Shown: positions 52,745-64,000 of the stretch, in pieces
Layout of the letters: each line of letters starts with the position of its first letter
Numbering within the stretch: position 1 is the first letter of the stretch
Assembly (NCBI GenBank): GCA_051362555.1
Contig: CM120647.1
Location: 12,624,651-12,688,650, forward strand
From: Lingula anatina
Lineage: Eukaryota > Animalia > Brachiopoda
Reading direction: 5' to 3'
Length of the DNA stretch: 64,000 bases
The notes under the pieces: model-generated
Seen by the model: only the letters and a program-made list of their open reading frames with translations
What the model was told of the DNA's origin: nothing
Database searches by the model: none
Translations under genes and position numbers: made by a program

Positions 52745-53010
52745 CGTATCAAATAAGTGGCAAATTAATTTTGGTGAAAGTTATTCTTAATTACTGTGGA
52801 TTGTGATTTTCAAGTTTTATCAACTTCTTTGATTTCTGAATAGATGATTTCATTGCCAGCGTATCATATAAGTACTCGTATCAAATAAGTGCTAAATTAA
52901 TTTTGGTGCAAGTAGTTATTGTTAAATACTGTGAATTATGATTTTCAGGTTTTTTAAGTTTCAAGTTGTTTTCAACTTCACTGATTTGTGAATAGATGAT
53001 TTCAACGCCA
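52745..53010 (+). repeat. Diverged tandem duplication (~133-bp period) flanked by (CCCCA)n tracts
   Basis: CGTATCAAATAAGTG..AAATTAATTTTGGTG..GAATAGATGATTTCA occurs twice; C-rich tracts at ~52690-52722 and ~53021-53054. Confidence 0.8.
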
Positions 53011-53355
53011 ACTGTGGTCACTCCCCCCACCCCCACCCCCCACCCCCCACCCCCTCAATGGCATAGCATTGTTGGCCGGTATCATTTAGGACCGATTTAT
53101 TAAAAACAATCATCTAGATAACCTACATATATTTCACCAGATATATCGTTTTAATGTGTCAAACTGACGGTTTTGCTGATAAGCTTCGGAATATGAGCAA
53201 TCAAGCACTCCAGACTGACTACCAATTTAGATACGGTTGTTTGCTGATGTTTATATTGTAACAAATACAGCACCAGCTGTAGCGGCGGTTAAGCACAGTA
53301 GGCTATATCTGAAACGTTCACTCAATATATTTAGAGACCAATATGATTATATACC

Positions 53356-53382
<27 letters not shown>
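53356..53382. repeat. (GA)n microsatellite
   Basis: Direct reading. Confidence 0.95.
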
Positions 53383-53386
<4 letters not shown>

Positions 53387-53695
53387 ATTTGGCCAAAGAC
53401 GATACGTAGGCTATACATGAATTCGGGTCTGGAGGGATACAGCTTGGCCTGGGTTCCTTAACACCCCTGTCTATAGTTTAACCTGGAACAGTCTATGACC
53501 TGATGTACTCTGGCCAAGGTCAAGCAATACCCGGACTTCCTCTATTTACTCTGGGCAAGGGTTATTTGGCCTTTGCGCGACACCAGTGCCTTCGTATAAT
53601 TGTAGGTGCAATTCGCAAGATAGCAAAGAAAGTTGGGACGAGTGAAATGGGGCACGGTGTTTCTCTCTTAAAAGGTGCCGATTCAATGAAAAAAA

Positions 53696-53750
53696 ATTAT
53701 GACAGTCTTCCAAATTATCTTTGTTGATCCATCTTTTTGACCGTCTTCCA
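53696..53750 (-). mobile_element. Internal fragment of the 1377-1544 MITE family, inverted
   Basis: TGACAGTCTTCCAAATTATCTTTGTTGATCC..TTTTTGACCGTCTTCC is the reverse complement of ~1466-1519. Confidence 0.75.
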
Positions 53751-56700
53751 TTTCAGTCGATGAAAAAGGATGGGGAAAAGAAACCATGGTATAAAGTCTG
53801 ATCTTTAGAGAGAGAGGATAACTTTAACCTTAAATAATGAAAATTTAAAGACAATTTAATACTATTTTACGACTATTTGTATGGGTTCCTTGCGGCGCGT
53901 AACATACGTACCCGGTACCAGTAACTTATTATTCATCGCCGTATTAGATGTCTGAAAAAGGTCCTCGGCTTGTGTTCGAATGTACCTGTAGAATATGGAC
54001 ATGACTAATAATTTAAAAAAAATAACATTAATAAAGGTAATGATACTGTTTACTGTCACGAGCAAATTACCTGTGTGACAACGTCTCCTTGTTTCTGACC
54101 ACGCACCTGACATGAATCAACTGGTTTATTAGCTAACTACCGCGCATGCGCAAAAAGTGCGCTGTGTAAAATAAACACCTGTGTTTACTGCCTGGTTTTT
54201 ATTTAATTTGCTTTCTAGAGTCATTTTGAGAAATTGTACTGGTTATGTTCTGTCGATTGTACACACTGTATATATTGTTATAAATAAGTTGACAAGTCGA
54301 TAAGTCGCTGGTTCCTTTTTTTTAAATTTATTTTACAGTTTTACAACTCAAGTAACAATTGAAAACATCATGGTCTCACCTACATGAAAACATGGAGACC
54401 GCCACGTTCCACACAATGCAACAACTACCCTCTTGTAATTTGCTCACCAGAGGGACACGTGTCTCTCTCACAATGGCGTTGTCACCTCCAACACAATACA
54501 ATTCTTGACATATATTAAAAAGGTAAACACGTCGGACTTTCCTTAGAATAACATTTACTTTTCCTTTAGGGATTCCCTTTGTATTTATTAGTGTTATATG
54601 TGGCCCCAAAGGAATTTGCCAGCCCTCATCCACTCTTGATAAGGAGATACTCCTTGTTGGCTAGTGTGAATGTTACTAACAAAATTCATTTGAAAACGGG
54701 AAGGTTTATTTTAGGACATTCATATCAGAATACCGACTTTTTTGACATGTTGACAGATGTGCCCAAATGTAAAAATTGACTGCAACAGGGCCATTTTTAA
54801 ATCACTGGTTTTATTAATGCAGGTCTACTTATTCTGTACGTAAGTTGTATTTTGAGTACTGTCTTATACTGGCGGCGGGGGGGGGGGGGTATCATCCTCG
54901 CTTCGTACTAGATCCATGTGCGGATGGATGATAAGGTTCTCTAATACATGTAGGTCTCCATTTCAAATTTCACCGCTAGGTGTCGCAGATTGTGGTAAAT
55001 ATACCAGAGGCCTCACAGAAGTTAACAATCAGTTGATTCGGGACAGGTGTCTGGTCTGAAACAAGAAGGCGTTGTCGTACAGGTAAGGTGTTTGGGGCAT
55101 GCACAGTAAACGTGTCGTTGTTTTAAATGCTTATTAAGATTATTTCTCATGTCGATATTCCTCTTTATGATATTTTGAACCCCAGCCAATGACTATTTCA
55201 GATACATGTATCCAATACAACCTTGCATAATCAGTAGTAGCTCAGCATGTTACGCGACGTAATAAGTCCTTACGACTAGTTGCTAAAATTATTAAAGTGT
55301 CGTCAAAAAGAGATATTATTGTAGATAAGCTATTTCCTCTCTCTCGTACTTCACAGCACTGCTTCCTTTTCGCTGTTCTCCTAAACCATTCTCATTACTT
55401 ATAAACTATATAAAACCCTTAACTTCCAGCACTCAGCCCCTGTTATATTTCAAAAAAATTTTGCAACTTAGCAGCAAAATGTAATATCCGTTAACTGTTT
55501 AGAGTAGCCTTCTATTCAGGCCTATGTTGCTGGTACAGATATCAGTCCAGAGCAGTGTCATATGAGCAAGCGAACAAGTAGTTATGAAGTATATATGTTC
55601 TGTCATATTTATTTAAATAAATCCATCACAAAATGTTAAAAATATGTGTCTGTTGAGTACTTAGAGGTGTATTTTAATGGTTGAGCACTTTAACTTTATT
55701 TTAGTAAGACTGATCACTCCTGTTAATTTCAAAATAATAAGCCTTTCAGTTTTTTTTCCTAAATGTGTTGTCAGTTTTGCATATATGTTGAAATAAGCGA
55801 AAAACAGCATATCTTTTGAAAAAATGGCCCGAGCATGCTGATTTTCAAAATCGACCTTCATTTTATTAATATTCATCAGTTCTGTAAGTTTTAAAACAAA
55901 GTGTAAAACAGTTTTCCACAAATCGTGTTATCACTAAAAGTGCTTCTGAAACTAGCGTTAATAATAATAATGTCTCATTCCCAGAGTTCGTTCTAACTCG
56001 GCACTTCTCACCCGACTATATATATTGAGCAATCAACACGTCGTTGGCTGAACTCCATAGCTCACAACAGAGACCACAGCACAAGCCGATGACTGTCCTC
56101 ACCACCTTGCTTCACTGTGCCGCTATCTGTAAGCACTGCAGCCACAAAAGCGAAATACTTTTGTGTAATTACTGAAATCGGCACGAGCGAGACACTTTTT
56201 TAACGTAGTTCGTCATTGTGACCTGTCGAGCAGATACACATATACAAAGGCGAGGCACCTCTGTCAGGACGCGACCTCCTTGCCCATCAGTGCATTAATC
56301 AGGGATGTAATCAGACCTTTTTAAACTGTACGAAAAGATTTTCAAAATTCCCAGGTACAGCCAAATGTAGACTTAAGAAACAGATGAAGGGCAGATTAAA
56401 TTATATGTGCCAAATATCATAGCTTAGTTTTCACCAGTAATAAAATCATTTAAGTTAAAAATATTCTCGCGTATATTATTTCACCCAGAATCAAGGCTTC
56501 TTCTAGGATTGGGTACAGGCCGTCCAAAATTGCCATCTGTAACTTCTTTCAAAATTTCAAGGCCTCCAGCTTTTCCAAGTGCATTGGCAAAAGCAGACGC
56601 ACACTCACTAAGGCGAGACACCTTTGTTGAGGAATTCCAACAACACCAGGACTTGTTTTATTTTTTTTTCTTGTCAAGGATATGGTATAGTTTAGATTGA

Positions 56701-56903
56701 AATGATTTTATCCGATTAGGACTCAAGCTGCAAGGTGAAAACTGAACGCGACTCACATTTAGTGAATTATTACACCTTTGATGAAGAATTCCAGTAACAC
56801 CAGGGCTTGTTTTTTATTCTCTGTCCTGGGAAAACCATCACGTTGAATGCAGCACTGATCACTAACCCCCTCCCCTTCCTCCCCCCCCCCCCCCCCCCCC
56901 CCC

Positions 56904-56950
56904 AATCAGCTGATGAAGGTCACTTGTTGACCGAAAAACGCTTTCTGCAA
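56904..56950 (+). ncRNA. Minimal type I hammerhead-like motif (Penelope-type), probably degenerate
   Basis: CAG-CTGATGA-A-GGTCA-CTTGT-TGACC-GAAA-AACGCTTT-CTG: intact core boxes and a 5-bp stem II; stems I and III are only 2-3 bp. Confidence 0.55.
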
Positions 56951-58242
56951 CCAGTCCAGCCCCTCTCCCCCTACTGTTCTGTACGCCTCTTGCACAACCG
57001 GTTTCTTTAGTTCAAACTTACACAGAGGTGAGGCGCCCCTGTTTACACCCAGTGAGGTGAGACACCCCACACCACGCAAGCCAAAAATAGTACATTGTCC
57101 GCGATTAACAGTTATTTTATATCAGATCAGAACTGTAAGACCATGACACGTCAGATCATTCCCTCACACATGCGTGAAATATATAAAATACAGCACTAGG
57201 GTCACTGTCAAAACACACGTCCCCAGGGGCCCAGCCTTGTACCGTGTTTTTTTTTTTTTTGGTAAAAAGTAGTTTGACCAAGACATGAGCCGACCACCCC
57301 TAAACAGGGTTCTTACTCGACTATGGTATAGATAAAATACAATGCGCTGAGCTTTACGAGATATAGAGCAGATAATTGGCGAGGCAAAGCCGAGACAACT
57401 ATCTCTTTTATTTCTCGTACATATCAGCCCCGAGTGCTTTATCTGGCTTAAAGCACTCTTCATTAGACCTGGTAATGACTAATTAAACTAAACGGTTGGC
57501 ACTTTGTCGCAAAACGGCACGCAAAACGAGTCGGGGTCACACCAATAGCTTCGCTTATCTGTGTCATTCAGCAGGTAACATAACGCAGAAGTAACAATGG
57601 AAAACGACGTCTCTCTGTCTCAATTGATAGAAACTCCACCAAAAATCATTTTTAAGATGACATTAAAAATGAGTTGCTGGAGAGGTTCATGAAGCCGTTG
57701 GCTTGTTTTGAATTTTTTCAGGACTTGGCAGCCAGAATACCAGACAAAACGCAAGCATGTACTAATTGGGCCCTAAATCCTTTTAGTGAACGCCGTAAAT
57801 CTGTTTAGTCCCTCGCCATGAAAAAAACCCACTGGCCCATTCCATGTAAAAAGGACGGTACCATCCTAATGAAAAAAAGTTGCGCGACCATGGAGAAAAA
57901 GACCCAATTCTTACCTGGAACTCAGATTCCTTCAGAAATTGTTTAAGTTGTATCGGTCGGAAATTAAAAGAAAATCACCCTTGAGGCGAAGGAAATGTCA
58001 AATATAAAAGCCAACTTGTGTTGTAGTAACCTCTGTTAATTGCTATATCTGCAATTATCAAATAAAACCTGAAACGTTCCTTTCTTCTAATTTCTTTTCA
58101 TCTTCTTATCTGCGAGATTACTGAAGAAAACATGCTGAAAACTTGAAGATGTTTAATTCTATTTATACGTGTTCATCTTTTTCCTGCGCGATTACTGAAA
58201 CTCGTAGGTTGATTAATGCAAAAGGTCCAGTGACCGTCCTAT

Positions 58243-59234
58243 AAAACCTTCTACCAGGGTGGCAGATATTATTCTGTGGGCATTTTTGCTGAGGCGACCC
58301 TGTAACGTTTAGCCAGATGGGAGCAATTAAATCTACACGCGTGCAGATGGCATTGTACCAGTGCCCTGTAACTCGAAAGCATCGCGTATTGCGAATAGCG
58401 ATATCACATAGAGGCTACAGTGCATTATATCGGGCGAGTACGGGCGTGATATGGAGTCAAGACGATTGCGCTCGCTCGCAATGCGCGATGCTTTCGAGTT
58501 AGGGGGGTCTGGTCTGCAGGAGCTCAGTGAGAGCTAGGCTTCGCATTGATGTGATTACCGCTTGTTATGCGACATGCCTGTTGTTGTCTGTCTGTTAAAG
58601 GACTGTTTTATTGTCACGGATGAGCAATAAACTGTCTTGATTACTGTCAAGGGGACTTGGCTGGGACTTGCTAAGTGACAGTGCCTGAGAAGTTATGCAA
58701 ACAATTAGTCATGTAATCATCCTTGAGATTTCAGCGCAGGGTGACAGTACAGAGATTAGCCATCCATTTAACCAGAGACATATTTCTTAATATCTAGTGA
58801 AAAATCAATCTCTGGCCCTGGTAGAGGGTACATATATTATAGGGAAACTTGAAAAAGCCACCCCGTGACGTTTGGCCAGACGGTAGCCATGAAATCTGCA
58901 CGTGCACAGATGGCATCGTACCTGCTCTGTAGGAGCTATTACAGGAGATTCCTAATTTAACTTCAATCTGAAGTAACAAGGGGCTATTTTTTATCCGTCA
59001 CAAAAGAGCAAGTGATTAAAATCAGAGCAATTAACTGTCTTGATTGTTGTCAATGGGCTTGTCTTGGGCCTGTTAAGTAGCAGTGCCTGAGTAGTTATAA
59101 AAACAATTACCAGCCATGTAATCATCCTTGATAATTCATCAAAGGGTGGCAGAGAATGAAATGACTGTCTATTTATCTAAAGACATATATGTGAATATCT
59201 TGTAAAAAATCAGTCTGTCATCCTGGTAGAGGGT
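58243..59234. mobile_element. ~1-kb non-autonomous TIR element with 8-bp TSD and duplicated right end
   Basis: ACCTTCTACCAGG / CCTGGTAGAGGGT; CGTCCTAT at 58235-58242 and 59235-59242; internal direct repeat ~58621-58829 vs ~59024-59234; empty-site paralog at ~59557-59720. Confidence 0.75.
58364..58504. mobile_element. Nested palindromic MITE
   Basis: TAACTCGAAAGCATCGCGTATTGCGA / TCGCAATGCGCGATGCTTTCGAGTTA inverted repeats; a solo end fragment TGTAACTCGAAAGCAT lies at ~62412. Confidence 0.7.
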
Positions 59235-60561
59235 CGTCCTATTACCTCGTTAGTTCTGTGCACTAGTACGTGGGAAGCATTTGTGGAAGACGTGACTTTA
59301 CACGGAATAAAGCATGACGCGACCCATTGTCTTTTAACAGGACAGTGTTTTAATGAGTAACCAACGCGTCGTTTTCTGATCTCCATAGCTCACAATAGTG
59401 ACAACAGCACAAGCAGGTGACTATCCTCACCACCTCACTTCACTGTACCGCTATGTGGAAGCACAGCAGCCAAATAAGCGTAATACTTTTGTGTGATTAC
59501 TGAAATTGCCACGATAAAACCTTTACTAATTTTACTAATTTAATTAAGTATACTTTAAAACTTGGAAATGTTTAATTCTACTCAATTTGTTCTTGTTTTT
59601 CCTGCGATTACTGAAACTCGTAAGTTGATTTGTGCTAAAAATCGAACAACCATCCTATTACCTCGTTAGTTCTGTGCACTGGTGCATGGCATGCATTCGT
59701 TGATGACGTGACCTTACACTAATTAAAGCACGGCGAAGCCTTCCCTTTTGACAGGAATGTGCTTTAAACCAGATGAAGCAATCCGCGCAGAGTTTTACGA
59801 GAAATAGAGCAAATAATTACATTGGCTTTGCCTCGCCAATATTATCTGCACTATTTCTCGTAAAGCTCAGCGCCTCGTACTTTTATACCTTATCAACCCA
59901 CAGGACACCAAAAGGCTCTTCTGATCATATTTAGAACTACCGTGCCATCTGAAACGCATCATGTCTCTCAAAAGGACTAACCCAATTTTGCTTGTTTTCA
60001 ATGATGGCAAAACAGAAGTAGTTCACTTTATCTCTCGTTTTTCTAAAGATGTAGAAAAATTAGAACTATAGAGATCGGCAACAGCATGGTCACTGTAAAA
60101 GATGAGATTACAAAACCCAGTAGTTATTTTTGATAACCTGGTGTGATATGGCCGCCTACATCAGTAAAAAAAATGCAGAGCCATTTTCTGTAGTCTTTAA
60201 AAAATCTCCAAACTACCCCATATCCTTGACAAGGAGAAAACAGTCCTGGTGTTGTTGGAACTCCTCATCAAAGGTGTGTTGCCTTTGTGAGTGTGCGCTT
60301 GCTTGTGTAGATAACAAATGTACTGATGGGGTCGGAGGTCTCGTCCTGACAGAGGTGTCTCGCCTTTATATACAGGTAAGTGTATCTTTCTACAGGTCAC
60401 AGCGAAAACTTGACTTGTACTTGGTAAGTAAGCCTTGGCCTAGATTTCCCGTGTTAAAGTTGCAAGAGTCAGTTCACTGGCACGGTTTACAGAGGCGCTT
60501 GCAGGCAGACACAGGGTTATAATTAACTTCCTGTGATTATCTATAATATATACATACATCA

Positions 60562-60563
<2 letters not shown>

Positions 60564-60639
<76 letters not shown>
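60564..60639. repeat. (TA)n microsatellite
   Basis: Direct reading. Confidence 0.97.
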
Positions 60640-60641
<2 letters not shown>

Positions 60642-61560
60642 TTTAAGCAATTTCGTTAATGTTAAATAAATGTCCATTCCGAAACACAGGACATGCCTAA
60701 AAGGACATATTTAAAAATGTTATTACTAAATTTAAACCTGACCTTGTCAACTAACATTTTATACAGCTATGAGCTGTAACAAAAGGAAGTAGAATAGGGT
60801 ATAATGGAGTGTAGAAGATTCTATTTTATATCATGATCAAATACTAAGGGAGTAACATTTCAAAAAAGAATCAAAAACTATCCAAAATGACCAATTAATG
60901 TAATAAAAACAGTTCAGTTTTAATCTAGTTCACTCATATTTTGTCTAATGATTGCTTCACCTGTACCTTGTAAACCAACATACTATGAGATCTTAAGGCA
61001 ATTTCATAAATGTTAAACAAATGTCCATTCCGAAACAAGGACTTATTTTTTAACATGTCTTTACTGTTGGTAAATCTGACATTGTCAAATAATATTTTAT
61101 ACAGCTATGCACTGTAACAAAAGAAACTGGAATAAGGTATAATGGCGTAAAGAATACCTGGAATATATCCCAGAATCAATATTTAATAAAATTAAATTCC
61201 AGTAATGAATTACTAGTACAAAATAGACAAAACAAGCACAAAATGTAATAAAAAGACTTCAATTTTAGTTCAGCTTCCACCTATTTTGCCCATTTATTCA
61301 TAGACTTCACCTAAAACTTATAAAAACTCAAATACTACAATATATTAAAACAATATCATAAATGTTAAAAAAAATGTCCTTTCTGAAACAGGGTTGTTTC
61401 GGAAAGGACATTTATTTTAACATGACACTGCAATTAGCACACATGTCCGTGCAAAATAATATTTTACACAATCATGAAGCATAACATAAAGAATTAATGC
61501 AAGGTAAAGTTAAGTACAGAAGTCCTCAGAATATCTCAGAATCAAAAAACTTCATGGAGT
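60640..61560 (+). repeat. Three diverged ~350-bp tandem repeats, probably internal to a DNA transposon relic
   Basis: AATGTTAAA..AAATGTCC(A/T)TT..GAAACA recurs at ~60658, ~61009 and ~61361, with matching ATTTTATACAGCTATG..CTGTAACAAAAG blocks. Confidence 0.7.
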
Positions 61561-62799
61561 CACATTTAATACTGAAACAGGAAAATTACAAAATGTCATT
61601 GATTCGTCAAATTTTGGATATTTTCATCCATTTTTTTTTTTTTTTTTTTGCAAATACATAAAAGAGCAATACTCTCTGAGTAAAACTAAGTGGTTTTTTG
61701 GAGATCAATACCTTAAATTACCATAAAAGTCACACACTTCAAGGTTTAGCTAATGAAAATTAAAAAAATGATTTTCAAAATTCAAATAATCATATCTTTA
61801 TACATACACAAGGTTTTATCTCAGGATTGTCATTTCTTATACCCTTCAGGTCTATACTTTCAGAAAAAGTACACATTTCAACACAAAAATGACTTCTATT
61901 TTTGACCCTTGGTGGGAAAAAAAGGAGCCCAGGATTGTAAAAATGCCCATATTAAAAAATACAGGACTTTACAGGGAAGGTACCATTCTAAGAGGCCAAG
62001 ATATAGTGTTTGTTAGAAAGGACGTGCCACAATGAATATGTGAGCAACTGGAACTTTTAAACTATTACAAAATCTTGTGACGTCATATAATACTAGAAAA
62101 CGTGCGAGAATACGTGAAAGGTGTATTACCTTTTAGCAATAAGGATGAAACTCGTGGAAAAAAAAACAGCCAACATACAGTTTGTTCATAAAATGTTCTG
62201 ATTCAATTTAGGAAATATATTTTATTTTACATTTGTTATTTTAATGTTTTTTCATATGCATTTGCAACTTTCTTAAAAAGGTTTATCAACATTTCCAAGT
62301 AAAACAAATTTAATTCTTAATTTCTTTTTATAGAATAATAAATTATACTGATACCATACTATAAAGGCTTCTAGCAGAATTTTCTCATACGTGTAGCTCT
62401 GGGCCCGTACATGTAACTCGAAAGCATGTCTTGGTAATTACTATTCTTGAGCAGGTATTATTTTTTCAATCCAATCAATACATATAAGCTTTTGTGTTCC
62501 ACACGTGATAGAGCCCCACATGATAAAGAGTCCTGTTCCTATTAATTTGCACAGGTAAGTAAGCCTTGGCCTAGATTTTGACCCACTTACGTTAGGCTAA
62601 CCCTAACCGGCATAATGTTATGGAGGGTGGACTTTCTGTTACACGGGCCCTCAGTTTCCTCACATAGGGGTAACATAGCCTTAAAAAGCAGACCGTCAAT
62701 GCCTTATTTAATCACGATATTATCTTTCCAATCTATTTTCAGTTGACCGTAGAAATAAGGCAAAAGGCAAGGACGCCACAGATAAATTAAACAGACAAG

Positions 62800-63290
62800 A
62801 TGGCGATGAACAAATGGGCAGGTGCTGTCCTTGCTGTTATTATCCTAGTTGTTTGCATTTCAATGATTATTTTTCGTCCCGTTTGTGAAATGAAATTGGG
62901 TCTTTTATCAAAACACTTGAGTGATTCTATAAAAGAACGTCCATACAATAACAGTTTGACCTCAGAATTTATTAAACGTCTAGGCACCGGGAACATAGAC
63001 GCCGTCAATGAAGACCTTTTAGAACATTTAAGAGGGAAATGGATTCTCCCTCCTTCCAAGCTGTCCTATAATCTTTCCAAACCAAAGGCAACATACTGGG
63101 ACCAAATGGGGCAATCAAAATTAGTAGATAAGATTCTGAAGCAACGCCGAAAAGGATTCTTCGTGGAATCAGGAGCATATGATGGAGAGGGTCATTCCAA
63201 TTCTCTCTTCTTCGAGATTTCTCGAGACTGGAAAGGACTGCTTGTGGAGCCAAACCCGTGGTCCTTTGAAGTACTTTTGAACAAGAACAG
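62800..63290 (+). CDS. Star-like / FkbM-family (Methyltransf_21) type II membrane protein, coding exon 1
   Basis: N-terminal TM segment; QMGQSKLVDKIL..GFFVESGAYDGEGHSNSLFFE..WKGLLVEPNP; acceptor at 62741-62742; phase-2 donor AG|GTGAGG at 63290/63291. Confidence 0.9.
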
Positions 63291-63786
63291 GTGAGGGTAG
63301 TTTACGAGAAGAAAGGAGATAGTCATCGCCTCTTTAGTGTAGCGGTGATGCATGTGCTTTGTTGGATTTTTCGACTTCCAGTTGTCACAGTGCCTGATTC
63401 ATTTTTCTTCAGGAGCAGATTAAGCGTACAGCGTTTTTTCCCATGCACACATTCTTTTGTCTCGTAGTGTTAAGAGAAGATGGCAGTCTCTCATATTAAA
63501 AAAGTGAATAGAATGTCTCAAAGTGATTATTATTATTATTATTATTTGAAATAGATTGAACCACCAAGCTTCAAATTCGCGTCAATATGAATTTGGCATG
63601 CTGCTTTCTACGCTCATCTAAATTATATACTTAACGACGATCAAAATGTGCATTCAAGATATGGAATGAAAGTCTTTACTGATCGACATGTTCGTTTTGC
63701 TGATCTTGAATATATTACATGTGCCAAAAAAGTTCGTTTATTTCCTCGTGACCTGGCTAATATGTCTTATCTTAAATTCTTTCCAG

Positions 63787-64000
63787 GAAAACTTACGCTG
63801 TAAATTCGTGCTTAGCAACGGGAAGCAGTCCCGCAAAGGTTGATTTTACGTATGCTAAGGAGATAGGAGGAATACCGAAACACAGCCATGTAATTCCTAA
63901 AAGGGAACAAAACTTGATACAAGGAAAAAGTCGCATACAGTGTTTTCCCATTCGCTCTCTCCTGGCCGCCATCGGCCGGAATCACGTAGACTACTTTACC
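63787..64000 (+). CDS. Star-like / FkbM-family protein, coding exon 2 (runs off the window)
   Basis: Acceptor ttccAG at 63785-63786, in phase; reads RKTYAVNSCLATG...IQCFPIRSLLAAIGRNHVDYFT, matching the Star-family QCFP..LL.A....VDYF motif. Confidence 0.9.

Larger units (their letters stand above)
57322..59892 (+). mobile_element. Crypton-like (tyrosine-recombinase DNA transposon) relic bounded by inverted repeats
   Basis: Inverted pair GCGCTGAGCTTTACGAGATATAGAGCAGATAATTGGCGAGGCAAAGCC (~57343-57391) and GGCTTTGCCTCGCCAATATTATCTGCACTATTTCTCGTAAAGCTCAGCGC (~59824-59873). The frameshifted peptide ERFMKPL..QDLAARIPDKTQACTNWALNPFSE (57597-57808) resembles the N-terminal IP..T...T.WA...F..W motif of Crypton/DUF3504 proteins. 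Confidence 0.5.

Noticed and set aside
54338-54780. Possible spliced exons after a GCGCATGCGC promoter-like motif
   Set aside because: Splice-like signals exist, but the frames contain stops and no recognisable domain.
56580-56625. CIGKSRRTL as a YIG motif near the hammerhead
   Set aside because: The sequence belongs to the inverted duplication with ~60243-60310, where the frame is not kept.

Overview
AT-rich eukaryotic (metazoan, probably marine invertebrate) genomic DNA. Bases 1720-47470 are a head-to-tail array of 30 near-identical ~1.39-kb units; almost all short ORFs in the ORF track are repeats of this unit. By eye, each unit contains three modules. The first is a tRNA-derived Pol III-type cassette (TATA, A-box, perfect B-box, 3' hairpin, T4). 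The second is a frameshifted but colinear remnant of a Penelope-like-element GIY-YIG endonuclease. The third is a second, degenerate tRNA-like cloverleaf. The array shows shifting higher-order periodicity (2-, 4-, 3-, 2-mer), and both of its ends fall inside the second tRNA-like module. That module is also interrupted once by a 3955-bp Academ-type DNA transposon (TAG..CTA ends, 3-bp TSD, two decayed transposase exons, a LINE fragment). The right 16.5 kb has two divergently oriented genes for type II membrane proteins: a 416-aa DxD glycosyltransferase-like protein and a spliced Star/FkbM-family methyltransferase. Between them lies a patchwork of TE relics (pogo, Crypton-like, MITEs), local duplications and a minimal hammerhead-like motif. 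All family assignments come from visual motif recognition, not database searches.
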